DNA of 63,688 bases, counting the filler, from Octopus bimaculoides (taxonomy: Eukaryota), in the NCBI RefSeq assembly GCF_001194135.2. It is 6 parts of 6 records of this genome, joined end to end, with 100 filler letters (N's around TTAATTAATTAA, not from the genome) between each part and the next. Parts side by side here need not be neighbours in the genome. Positions count along the whole stretch, not along the records: positions 45,329 to 57,106 come from NC_068991.1; positions 57,207 to 61,739 come from NW_026379956.1; 4 more parts are not named here. One strand, given 5' to 3'. The translations under genes were made by a program, and so were the position numbers. Positions 47,688 through 59,229 of this stretch are shown piece after piece (position 1 is the first letter of the stretch; each line of letters begins with the position of its first letter). The notes under the pieces were generated by a model that saw nothing but the letters and a program-made list of their open reading frames with translations, did no database searches and had not been told where the DNA came from.

Positions 47688-48602
47688 ATAGGCGCAGGAG
47701 TGGCTGTGTGGATAGTAGCTTGCTTACCAACCACATGGTTCTGGGTTCAGTCCCTCTGCGTGGCACCTTGGGCAAGTGTTTTCTACTATAGCCTCGGGCC
47801 GACCAAAGCCTTGTGAGTGGATTTGGTAGACGGAAACTGAAAGAAGCCTGTCGTGTATATATATATATATATNNNNNNNNNNNNNNNNNNNNNNNNNNNN
47901 NNNNNNNNNNNNNNNNNNNNNNNNNNNNNNNNNNNNNNNNNNNNNNNNNNNNNNNNNNNNNNNNNNNNNNNNNNNNNNNNNNNNNNNNNNNNNNNNNNNN
48001 NNNNNNNNNNNNNNNNNNNNNNNNNNNNNNNNNNNNNNNNNNNNNNNNNNNNNNNNNNNNNNNNNNNNNNNNNNNNNNNNNNNNNNNNNNNNNNNNNNNN
48101 NNNNNNNNNNNNNNNNNNNNNNNNNNNNNNNNNNNNNNNNNNNNNNNNNNNNNNNNNNNNNNNNNNNNNNNNNNNNNNNNNNNNNNNNNNNNNNNNNNNN
48201 NNNNNNNNNNNNNNNNNNNNNNNNNNNNNNNNNNNNNNNNNNNNNNNNNNNNNNNNNNNNNNNNNNNNNNNNNNNNNNNNNNNNNNNNNNNNNNNNNNNN
48301 NNNNNNNNNNNNNNNNNNNNNNNNNNNNNNNNNNNNNNNNNNNNNNNNNNNNNNNNNNNNNNNNNNNNNNNNNNNNNNNNNNNNNNNNNNNNNNNNNNNN
48401 NNNNNNNNNNNNNNNNNNNNNNNNNNNNNNNNNNNNNNNNNNNNNNNNNNNNNNNNNNNNNNNNNNNNNNNNNNNNNNNNNNNNNNNNNNNNNNNNNNNN
48501 NNNNNNNNNNNNNNNNNNNNNNNNNNNNNNNNNNNNNNNNNNNNNNNNNNNNNNNNNNNNNNNNNNNNNNNNNNNNNNNNNNNNNNNNNNNNNNNATATA
48601 TC

Positions 48603-48647
<45 letters not shown>

Positions 48648-48865
48648 ATATGTTTGTGCATCTGTGTTTGTCCCCCCACCATCGCTTGACAACCAATGCT
48701 GGTGTGTTTACGTCCCCGTAACTTAGCGGTTCGGCAAAAGAGACAGACAGAATAAGTTCTAGGCTTACAAAGAATAAGTCCTGGGGTCGATTTGCTCGAC
48801 TAAAGGCGGTGCTCCAGCATGGCCACAGTCAAATGACTGAAACAAGTAAAAGAGTAAAAGAGTAA
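47688..48865 (+). mobile_element. Full family B SINE, with the internal microsatellite largely in an N gap
   Basis: GGCGCAGGAGTGGCTGTGTGG head, GGGTTCAGTCCC B-box-like motif, tail (AAAAGAGT)n. Confidence 0.9.
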
Positions 48866-49564
48866 CGAGTTATCTGAATGTTGAATTGCTGTCTGTCCGG
48901 TGCTCAAACGATTTTTGCTAAGTCACCACTCTTTATAGTCATAATAATATTGATTTTTAAAAAAATATATATTTTTGGCACAAGGGCACACATTCTGTGG
49001 CAGGACACACACTCGGTGACATAAAAACCAAAACGCAGACCTTAATCAGTATTTAGTTCAACGGTGTACTACTGTTACTACCACTCCTCTCATCGTGACA
49101 CTGCTAATAAATGAAACGAATATGTAAACACAAGCAACACACACATGCTGATACAATTTGTTAAATGCACCTGCCACATACAAAAAAAAGAAAGACATAC
49201 AAATAATGACGCTATATATTAACAAAGGATCGTATAAGTTAACATTGAAAATTTTCTTTACAGTATTCCTTTTAGTTATTCACTTATTTTATGATTACGC
49301 AAGGCTCCAGCCAGTCAGTTCATGGTTCAGTAGTCAAGGTCTAAGTGAACGTATCAAACTACATCTCTCATCTGTTTGTATCAATCAGCTACAATGTTTT
49401 TACTATAGGGGTTCTATGCTGGGAACAAGAGTTGATCAACAGAGAAAGAGTACTATTTGTGACAACAGTAAAAACATGCCTCTCACTCTTGTGAGAGCAA
49501 CTGATGCAACTTAGACCCAGCCTGAAAAATCTGCAGGGGGAGTGTCTAATAGAAAACTGTAGAA

Positions 49565-49832
49565 CAGGGGTTTTCAAACTGTGGTCCGCAAGTACAAGAC
49601 AGGGGGTCATGGACAGCAAATACTTTTTATGGGCAATTTGATTTTATATATGTTTTTTAATCAAAATCTTTTTAATTGACAATAAATACTGTTAAATAAA
49701 TAAATCTAAAAATATATGTTATTTTAAGCAAATATTTATGTATAAATTTCATAAGCGTTTATAAGTGGGGTCCCTAAGGTAAAGCTTGAAATATTAAAGG
49801 GGTCGGCAAGTCAAAAAGTTTGAAAACCCCTG
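49565..49832. mobile_element. hAT-type MITE
   Basis: Perfect 16-bp TIR CAGGGGTTTTCAAACT and perfect 8-bp TSD CTGTAGAA. Confidence 0.95.
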
Positions 49833-50334
49833 CTGTAGAAAATGCAATAACATGAACTCTGCACACAGTACCCAAGGACCAGGTGATAATGTTAAATTGA
49901 GCGGGGTGTTAGATGGATCAGTCATCAAGAATAGAGGTGTTCAAGGGATCACAATTCCTGTGACTCCTGATGTGACAATGTTTAATCATGATTTCAAGCA
50001 CAGGAAGAAGGCAGTAAAATTTGCAAGAAGCACTTAATTCAATCCTGACCCTAGTGTATGACTGGTATCTATTTTATCACACTCCCCCCTCACCACCACC
50101 ACCACCACCACCACCACCACCACCATCAAAAAATCAAAGTAATAAATACACTGCACGGAATTTTGTCTGGCACTCTACTATTTCCAGTACTTTATAAGAA
50201 TTCTGAATTTAAAACTAAACCAGAAATAGTCAACACTGTTACACTGTTACTAAAAACAACTTCCTCTATATAGAGTGTCCCATAACATGTGTGCTTAAAA
50301 AGCTGTACAAAGCAAAAGCACTTACAAAATATAC

Positions 50335-50610
50335 TCTTTACTCTCTTTTACTTGTTTTAGTCATTTGACTGCGGCCATGCTGGAGCACCGCCTTTAGTCG
50401 AGCAAATCGACCCCAGGACTTATTCTTTGCAAGCCTAGTACTTATTCTATCACTCTCTTTTGCCGAACCGCTAAGTTAAGGGGATGTAAACACACCAGCA
50501 TCGGTTGTCAAGCGATGTTGGGGGGACAAACTCAGACACACAAACATATACACACACATACATATACATATATACAACGGGCTTCTTTTCAGTTTCCGTT
50601 TACCAAATCT
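50335..50610 (-). mobile_element. Family B SINE, 3' two-thirds
   Basis: Reverse complement of 48660-48860. Confidence 0.85.
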
Positions 50611-51164
50611 ACTCACAATCATTCTGTTTTTTGAAGATATTAATATAGCTAATAATTTTCAATTTAAGAAAACCTCCCCTCAAATATTGTGATTGTATCA
50701 AGAATTCTTTCTAAAAAAACATAGGTAGGTTTGGCTAATAAATAGGTGGGTAGGTCATCCTTCCTACCTACCTATTTACCTACATATATATTCACTTTCA
50801 AAGACAGAATGCAACTTAAAATAACATAATTTTTCCCATTCTTTCTCTATTGCGATATATGTGTGTTTGTTGATGAGTGACTCAGAGAGTTTGTGTGCAA
50901 GTATGTGCATGTGTGTGCACATGTATGTGTGCGCACGTGTGTATGGTGACATCATTCATGAATGTATCAATTTCATGAATGGCTGAAAATTAATTTTTCT
51001 CAGCTAATATCATTAGGAACAAAATTTTTTCTGTTTTGAGGGTTCCCGGGGTCGATCTATGCACTGAAACTATTTTAAGAATGTTTAAAAGTATACTCAT
51101 CAACGCATTTTATTGCCGTAATGTGCAATTTTCACTAAAATCGCAAAGCAAACAGATTTTCAAA

Positions 51165-51204
<40 letters not shown>

Positions 51205-51724
51205 AAATATATATACACACACTTACACATGTTGCTAGGCAGGTTTTTATACTGTGCCTTGTGTCTCAAGGCAATCTTGTATGTGTGTGTGTGTGTGTTT
51301 ACATACATACATGTATGCATACATACATACATACAAGATTGCTTGGAGACAGAAGGAACATTATAAAAACCTGCCTAGCCACGTATTTTAATGCTAAGAA
51401 ACTATTAGTGACACCTATTTTAATACAATGTACATTAAACAATTACACACACACACACACAAATATATATATAAACAGCAGCATCAACACCAAACAGGGA
51501 TTAGGAATAAACAAACTTTACTGCAGTTACCATGGAGAAATAAATTCTCACTGATTGGTAAAAGGAAAAACACCATCTCTGCCCAATGCTTCCTCTTATC
51601 CACATCCCCGACATAGCATTTCTGGCTCTTTAGCCTTCCTCAATGGAATATACCAAAGAGAAGAAACTTTAGGCAGATTCAAAGCTGTAGCTTTAATTAA
51701 AAATTAAAAACAGCAGTGACTGAG

Positions 51725-52190
51725 TAGTACCCCACTACTGCTTGACAACCAATGTTGGTGTGTTTATATCACCATAACTTAACAGTTTGGTAAAAGCAAC
51801 TGATGGAATAAGCATCAAGGCTTAAAAAAATTAAGAGATAAGTACTGGGATCACTTCATTTGACAAGAAAATTCTTTGAGGCGGTACCTCAGTATGGCAA
51901 GTCTGATGACAGAAACAAGTAGAAGATAATATATATGCAAAGTGGTTGGTATTTGGAAGGGCATCCATGTGTAAAAACCATGCGAAAACTGACCTTGCCT
52001 GTGTCGGTGCTATGTAAAAAGCACTCAGTCCACTCTACAGGGTGGTTGGTGTTAGGAAGGGCATCCAGCCGTAAAAACCATGTCAAAACTGACACAGTAG
52101 CCTGGGGTAGTTTTCTACCTAACCAACTCCTGTTAAACCTTCCAACCCATACCAGCATGGAAGGCAGATGTTAAATGATGATGATGATGA
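51725..52190 (+). mobile_element. Family B SINE 3' part followed by an RTE-type SINE with (GAT)n tail
   Basis: GGAAGGGCATCCAGCCGTAAAAACC...CCAACCCATACCAGCATGGAA...GATGATGAT. Confidence 0.75.
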
Positions 52191-52192
52191 TA

Positions 52193-52272
<80 letters not shown>

Positions 52273-52399
52273 CATACATACATACATACATACACACGTA
52301 CATATATATATATATACATACACACACATGCACACACACATACATATATACACACACACACATGCACACACACACATACACACACACACATACATATAT

Positions 52400-52454
<55 letters not shown>

Positions 52455-52524
52455 NNNNNNNNNNNNNNNNNNNNNNNNNNNNNNNNNNNNNNNNNNNNNN
52501 NNNNNNNNNNNNNNNNNNNNNNNN

Positions 52525-52567
<43 letters not shown>

Positions 52568-52691
52568 TATACATATATATATATATACAGACACAGATAT
52601 ACATACATTACACACACACACACACACACATACATACATTATACACACACACACACACACACATACATTATACACACACACACACACACAC

Positions 52692-52733
<42 letters not shown>

Positions 52734-52756
52734 GTGTGTGTATATATATTTGTGTA

Positions 52757-52802
<46 letters not shown>

Positions 52803-53670
52803 TAGNNNNNNNNNNNNNNNNNNNNNNNNNNNNNNNNNNNNNNNNNNNNNNNNNNNNNNNNNNNNNNNNNNNNNNNNNNNNNNNNNNNNNNNNNNNNNNN
52901 NNNNNNNNNNNNNNNNNNNNNNNNNNNNNNNNNNNNNNNNNNNNNNNNNNNNNNNNNNNNNNNNNNNNNNNNNNNNNNNNNNNNNNNNNNNNNNNNNNNN
53001 NNNNNNNNNNNNNNNNNNNNNNNNNNNNNNNNNNNNNNNNNNNNNNNNNNNNNNNNNNNNNNNNNNNNNNNNNNNNNNNNNNNNNNNNNNNNNNNNNNNN
53101 NNNNNNNNNNNNNNNNNNNNNNNNNNNNNNNNNNNNNNNNNNNNNNNNNNNNNNNNNNNNNNNNNNNNNNNNNNNNNNNNNNNNNNNNNNNNNNNNNNNN
53201 NNNNNNNNNNNNNNNNNNNNNNNNNNNNNNNNNNNNNNNNNNNNNNNNNNNNNNNNNNNNNNNNNNNNNNNNNNNNNNNNNNNNNNNNNNNNNNNNNNNN
53301 NNNNNNNNNNNNNNNNNNNNNNNNNNNNNNNNNNNNNNNNNNNNNNNNNNNNNNNNNNNNNNNNNNNNNNNNNNNNNNNNNNNNNNNNNNNNNNNNNNNN
53401 NNNNNNNNNNNNNNNNNNNNNNNNNNNNNNNNNNNNNNNNNNNNNNNNNNNNNNNNNNNNNNNNNNNNNNNNNNNNNNNNNNNNNNNNNNNNNNNNNNNN
53501 NNNNNNNNNNNNNNNNNNNNNNNNNNNNNNNNNNNNNNNNNNNNNNNNNNNNNNNNNNNNNNNNNNNNNNNNNNNNNNNNNNNNNNNNNNNNNNNNNNNN
53601 NNNNNNNNNNNNNNNNNNNNNNNNNNNNNNNNNNNNNNNNNNNNNNNNNNNNNNNNNNNNNNNNNNNNNN

Positions 53671-53707
<37 letters not shown>

Positions 53708-54354
53708 AATATAGGAAAGGGAATGAATCTTTGAAAAATCTTTCATAAAACTGATACGCTTGCGTATATGGCTTTGTAATTCTTAATATCATAATTAAGT
53801 AATTTTTCTAAATACATGTTTACATGTTGCTAATGTGATGTCATAATTCCATTATTAGAGTTGTTGACAGTAAGAAGTGGATAACAAATGAAATACTTAA
53901 TACTTTTCAATTAAAAATACAAAATTATATATTATATATATACATATATATATATAATGCTGTAATTAAATTGCATGAGAGTAGAGATGTACATTTCATT
54001 CCCCACATGTTTGTGATATCAGTCTTCCCCTCCTTGGAGCCATCTCTCCATGTCATCTACCTAGCATTCTCAATATCAACCCATAACATCACCATCTTAC
54101 ATTAATCATTGCCCCTCCCACCCTTGTCCATCACTTTCTGGTCTGTACTTCACAGTAGGTTGATCGTAGAAACTCTCAGTAAAGTCTCTGTTATAAATCT
54201 ATCTCCTCCTCTTCCTTTTAATCAATAGGTACCATCATGTATTTCTTTGAATGAGTGACAACCCCACAACTGAGAGAGAGAGAGGGGGGATATGGTACAT
54301 AGTTGCTCTTCCAGTAGAGAATATTTGAAATGTCTATGTTAGGCTTGGTCAGAG

Positions 54355-54510
54355 TTGAGGTCAAGCAAGAACAACTTAAACCAGCAGAAATGTCTTTGTG
54401 TGATCAGTCAACCTACAGGAAATAGCAACCAAATCTGCCTCAACATCTTACTGTCTTGAGCACATTGGATAACATGGTTCAAATACACATTATACCTGAA
54501 AACATATTAA
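54355..54510 (+). pseudogene. Decayed LRR-coding fragments
   Basis: LRSSKNNLN, RNVFV*SVNLQEI and TLDNMVQIHIIPENIL, in shifting frames. Confidence 0.5.
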
Positions 54511-54864
54511 TTCTTGTGCGTGCATGCACACACATGCATATACGTATACAAGAAAGGACTGTAGTCTACAGAGGAGAAGCAAATTCTTCTGTTTCTTGGC
54601 AACCTGCAACTGTAGCTAGTTGCTTTTGTTGTTGTTAATGTTGCTTGCACTCCAAAGGGCAAAGTGTGTAAAGCAAAGGACTCTGGTGACTTTATTTAAA
54701 TAGATAAGCCCCACCTTCTCGTCTGCATATTAAGTAAGAATGAATACTATAGAGGAGGGAAGGAGATAGAACATGGGGGCGGTGCAGAGACATAGAGTCT
54801 GAGGGGGAGGGGGAGAGAAAGAGAGTGAAAAAAATAAAGGTAGATGGAAAACGAGGAAATGGTT

Positions 54865-55001
54865 CCAGGTTCCGTCCCACAGCATGGTACCTTGGGAAAG
54901 TGTCTTCTACAATAGCCTCGGGCCAACCAAAGCCTTGTGAGTGGATTTGGTAAACAGAAACTAAAAGAAGCTTGTTGTCTATATATATGTATGTGTGAAT
55001 T

Positions 55002-55043
<42 letters not shown>

Positions 55044-55250
55044 TTTGAATCTGTGTTTGTCTCCTACCACCACTTGACAACTGGTGCTGGAGTGTTTAAG
55101 TCCCCATAACTCAGCAGTTCAGCAAGAGAGACTGATAGAATAAGTACCAGGCTTTAGAAAAAATGGTCCTAGGGTAGATTTGTTCGGCTAATACCCTTCA
55201 AGGTGAGCCCCAGTATGGCCACAGTCAAATTACTGAAACAAGATAAAAGA
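54865..55250 (+). mobile_element. Family B SINE
   Basis: Family core, (TG)n linker and tail. Confidence 0.85.
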
Positions 55251-55332
55251 AAAATGTATCTATATGTAGTTGTGCATATATGCACCTGTGTGCTCATTGC
55301 ATGTGTATATATGCATTTACATGCAAGTTGTA

Positions 55333-55810
55333 AAGCTCAAATGGTTCTTAAGCCACAAGGCAGGGTTTAAAGATTGGATATCGATGCCATTTAGGTCTCT
55401 AATCAGTTCTCAATTATCAGACCTTTCACCAAAGATATTGCAGATGCAACCCATCCATTTTGATGTCAACTAAGTCACCTAATCAGTAAATTAATATGTA
55501 GGTGGCTGAGTATTCCACAGACAGAAGTACCTGAACATAATTCTCAATAGGTTTTCCAACTGTCCAATTTCATTCACAAGGTTTGTGTCAAAACAAGCAC
55601 TTGCTCAAAATTCCATGCAACGGAAATGAATCTGAAAATCAGAAATGATTGTCAGACTTAGTGTATCTAGGACTACATAATCCAATGTGTCCTTTTCTTT
55701 AAAACAGCATGGTATTATTAGAACACTTGCAACTGCAAAGATGAAATTGTGACATTGTAAGTGTTACTGTTGTTGAGTACACACAGTGAACTGCTTAAAC
55801 TGAACCACGA
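55333..55810 (+). pseudogene. Decayed LRR-coding fragments
   Basis: KLKWFLSHK..PFRSLISSQLSDLSPK, LLEHLQLQR* (55715) and ELLKLNHD. Confidence 0.5.
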
Positions 55811-56489
55811 CAGAGAGGTGAACTTTCACAGGCAGTACATATNNNNNNNNNNNNNNNNNNNNNNNNNNNNNNNNNNNNNNNNNNNNNNNNNNNNNNNNNN
55901 NNNNNNNNNNNNNNNNNNNNNNNNNNNNNNNNNNNNNNNNNNNNNNNNNNNNNNNNNNNNNNNNNNNNNNNNNNNNNNNNNNNNNNNNNNNNNNNNNNNN
56001 NNNNNNNNNNNNNNNNNNNNNNNNNNNNNNNNNNNNNNNNNNNNNNNNNNNNNNNNNNNNNNNNNNNNNNNNNNNNNNNNNNNNNNNNNNNNNNNNNNNN
56101 NNNNNNNNNNNNNNNNNNNNNNNNNNNNNNNNNNNNNNNNNNNNNNNNNNNNNNNNNNNNNNNNNNNNNNNNNNNNNNNNNNNNNNNNNNNNNNATATAT
56201 GTGTGCATGTAAGAGGAGAGAGAAAGATATGAAGAGAGAAACTTTCAAATGTGTACATATATGTATGCTTAGATATGATTGAAAGTGTGCATTAAACAAT
56301 GCCAAGTCAAATATGGCCTCTGAGGCTCACAAAAGAGAAAAGCCCATTGCTACCCAATCCAAACTGGTACACAGTGGGAGAAACCATTACACAGGGTTTG
56401 CATGTTTAAGATCAGAGCAAACAACAGAGACTTGACGCTTCTAAACAAGACAACACAGGCTTTTGTTCACAGACATGAACAGACTTTTT

Positions 56490-57105
56490 TTTTTTTTCAC
56501 TGGGAGAGTTTAGTGACAACGGTGGTGGTCGCAGAGATGAAAGTGGTGGTGGTGGCGGTGGTGGAAGTATGGTTGTAGTAGTACGGCAGTGGTGATTGTG
56601 TGATGATGATTGTGTTGGTGGGGTATATGTTGGTGGCGGTCAGATACTGGTAACTGTGGGAACGGTGGTGGTGGTGGTGGTGGTGATGGTAGTTGTGGTG
56701 CTGGATTGGTTGCTCACTGGTATTAGACATTATAATTCTACTGACAGGGACTGTGATAGAGGGTGGTCACAGTAGTGTTAATGGTGGTGGCAGTGGTGGT
56801 GGTGGTGGTGGTGGTGGTGGTCATGGTGGTGGTAGCGATAGTGGTGGCGACAGTGATAGCGGAAGTAGCAATGATAGTGATGATGGCTGGCAGTGATGGT
56901 CGTGGTGTCAGTGATGGTGATGATAGCAGTGGTGGTGGTGGTGTTCATGGTAGTATCGGTAGTGGTAGTGATGGTAGTGGCAGTGATAGTGATAATGGTG
57001 TGGTAGTCATGGTGGTGATGGTATTAGTGGCATCATGATGGTGGTGGTGGTGGTGGTGTTGATGTAGGGGTAATGTTATGGACTGTGGTAGTGATAGTTA
57101 TAAAG
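56490..57105. repeat. Degenerate (GGT)n/(GAT)n low-complexity tract
   Basis: Direct reading. Confidence 0.9.
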
Positions 57106-57451
57106 GNNNNNNNNNNNNNNNNNNNNNNNNNNNNNNNNNNNNNNNNNNNNTTAATTAATTAANNNNNNNNNNNNNNNNNNNNNNNNNNNNNNNNNNNNNN
57201 NNNNNNAGTGACAGACTTAACATTTACCTCTACACCTACCTCTAACCACATAGGATTAAAAGCAGACATTTTAGTCGCTAACTTCACTTTATAGGATCCT
57301 TTGGGGATAAGTATATAGAGGATGCGTCAATAGTAAGAAATCAATCGTACTTCACCACTTACAGGCTGTGTGACCAGAACTTAGATATATATACAGATAC
57401 AGTTAGCAAATTCCCTCTCAGTGCCCGTAAATATATATGCCGAGATTCTTT

Positions 57452-58021
57452 CTCAATGAAATCAAACCAGAAACCGTCCAAAACCTCTCCAGTTTAAAGA
57501 CTGTTTAAGTTCAGTCAGTCTTCATTTATAATATTTCACTGATGATATATTTCCATATCTGAAATATATACCCATTCTTTATTTTAATCTCCATCACCCG
57601 TCTTTCATTTTTTGTTAATATTTGTGAATATGAGCGTTGTTCCACTTATGATATTTGGGATCGATGAAAGTGAGAGACTTGAGAGAGAACTTTGAGAACT
57701 TCCTTACTCGAAATATGTTATATACTGCCACAACTCTGTCCCATAAAAGTTCATTTTATCTCAATTTTATATTCCAGGGATTTGAGTTATAATAATCTCA
57801 ATGAAATTAAAGCTGAAACATTCCAAAACCTGTCCAGTTTAAAAACTCTATAAGCTCAGTCAGTCTTCATTTATAATATTTAACTGATGGTATATTTCCA
57901 TATCTGAAATATATACCCATTCTTTAGTTTAATCTCCATCACTCGTCTTTTATTTTTTGTGAAAGTCTTTGAATATGAACATTGTTCCATTTTGATATTT
58001 GGGATCGATGAAAGTGAGAGA
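57452..58021 (+). repeat. 345-bp-period tandem duplication containing an LRR unit
   Basis: 57452-57676 matches 57797-58021; a more diverged third copy starts near 59190. Confidence 0.9.
57778..57849 (+). pseudogene. 72-nt single-LRR exon-like segment with a mutated donor
   Basis: TTCCAG|G + DLSYNNLNEIKAETFQNLSSLKTL + CT|ATAAG (AT where GT is expected). Confidence 0.7.
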
Positions 58022-58454
58022 AATGAGGGGANNNNNNNNNNNNNNNNNNNNNNNNNNNNNNNNNNNNNNNNNNNNNNNNNNNNNNNNNNNNNNNNNNNNN
58101 NNNNNNNNNNNNNNNNNNNNNNNNNNNNNNNNNNNNNNNNNNNNNNNNNNNNNNNNNNNNNNNNNNNNNNNNNNNNNNNNNNNNNNNNNNNNNNNNNNNN
58201 NNNNNNNNNNNNNNNNNNNNNNNNNNNNNNNNNNNNNNNNNNNNNNNNNNNNNNNNNNNNNNNNNNNNNNNNNNNNNNNNNNNNNNNNNNNNNNNNNNNN
58301 NNNNNNNNNNNNNNNNNNNNNNNNNNNNNNNNNNNNNNNNNNNNNNNNNNNNNNNNNNNNNNNNGATATTATGTCTGGTGTTTGCACTGAATAACGATGC
58401 TTCAAGAACGCTTGCACTTCTATATTTAGAAGAAGATCATTTCTAAAATTCTTC

Positions 58455-59100
58455 TTGTACTTCTTTTCCTTCTCTTATAATTCTTTTCTTCTTCCTTGCT
58501 TCTCCTATTTAGTCTACATCTCCTTCCAATTCTTCTTCTTCTTCGTCTTCTTCTTCTTCTTCTTCTTCTTCTTCTTCTTCTTCTTCTTCTTCTTCTTCTT
58601 CTTCTTCTTCTTCTTCTTCTGCTTTCACTTTTTTCATCTTCTTCGTATTCTTCTTCTCCTTTTACTAAAGATTCTACATCATCGTCAACTTGTTCTTGGC
58701 ATTCTTCCTCCCGTCTTACTTCTGATTCTTCTTAATTTTCATGTTTCTTTTTTGTTCTTCTTCATTTCCACAATCGATATCACCATCATTATCAGCATCA
58801 CCGACAACAGAAACTTCATTACCAACATAATCAACATCAATATCATGTCCATCTTCACTATAATCATGCAAATCCCCATCATTATCAGTATAATCAACAT
58901 TAACAACATCAACCCCAACATTAGCACCAATAACATCTTCGTCATTAACACAACCACCATATATTCCTCTCCTTTGTTTCTTGGTTATATTCGTCACTAC
59001 CCGCCACCTAACGTTAACACTATCATCATCATCAGCAGCATAATCATAGTTGTAATCCACTTTTCATCTCATCCATCTTGTAATTATTTACTCTTACTAT
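58455..59100. repeat. (CTT)n and degenerate (CAT)/(CAA) low-complexity tract
   Basis: Direct reading. Confidence 0.85.
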
Positions 59101-59157
59101 TAATATTCTGTCACAAATCTGTTCCATAAATGTATTTAACTGAATTTTATGTTCCCG

Positions 59158-59229
59158 GAATTTGTACGGGAACAATATCAAAAATATAACAGAAGGAGCC
59201 TTCCAACATTTGTCCAGTTTAACATATCT
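59158..59229 (+). pseudogene. 72-nt single-LRR exon-like segment with a mutated acceptor
   Basis: TTCCCG|G + NLYGNNIKNITEGAFQHLSSLTYL + CT|GTAACT (CG where AG is expected). Confidence 0.7.

Noticed and set aside
52119-53792. Very long ORFs made of YI/HT/CV repeats and X (also at 8071, 28572, 40880, 46122, 47671 and 59593)
   Set aside because: Translations of (TA)n/(CA)n microsatellites and N gaps, with no coding signal.
57295-57360. Possible further LRR exon after TTTATAG|G
   Set aside because: It has an early in-frame stop and needs a frameshift to resemble an LRR; too weak to call.
58455-59129. 224-aa hydrophobic ORF resembling a membrane protein
   Set aside because: Derived from (CTT)n and (CAT)n low-complexity sequence.
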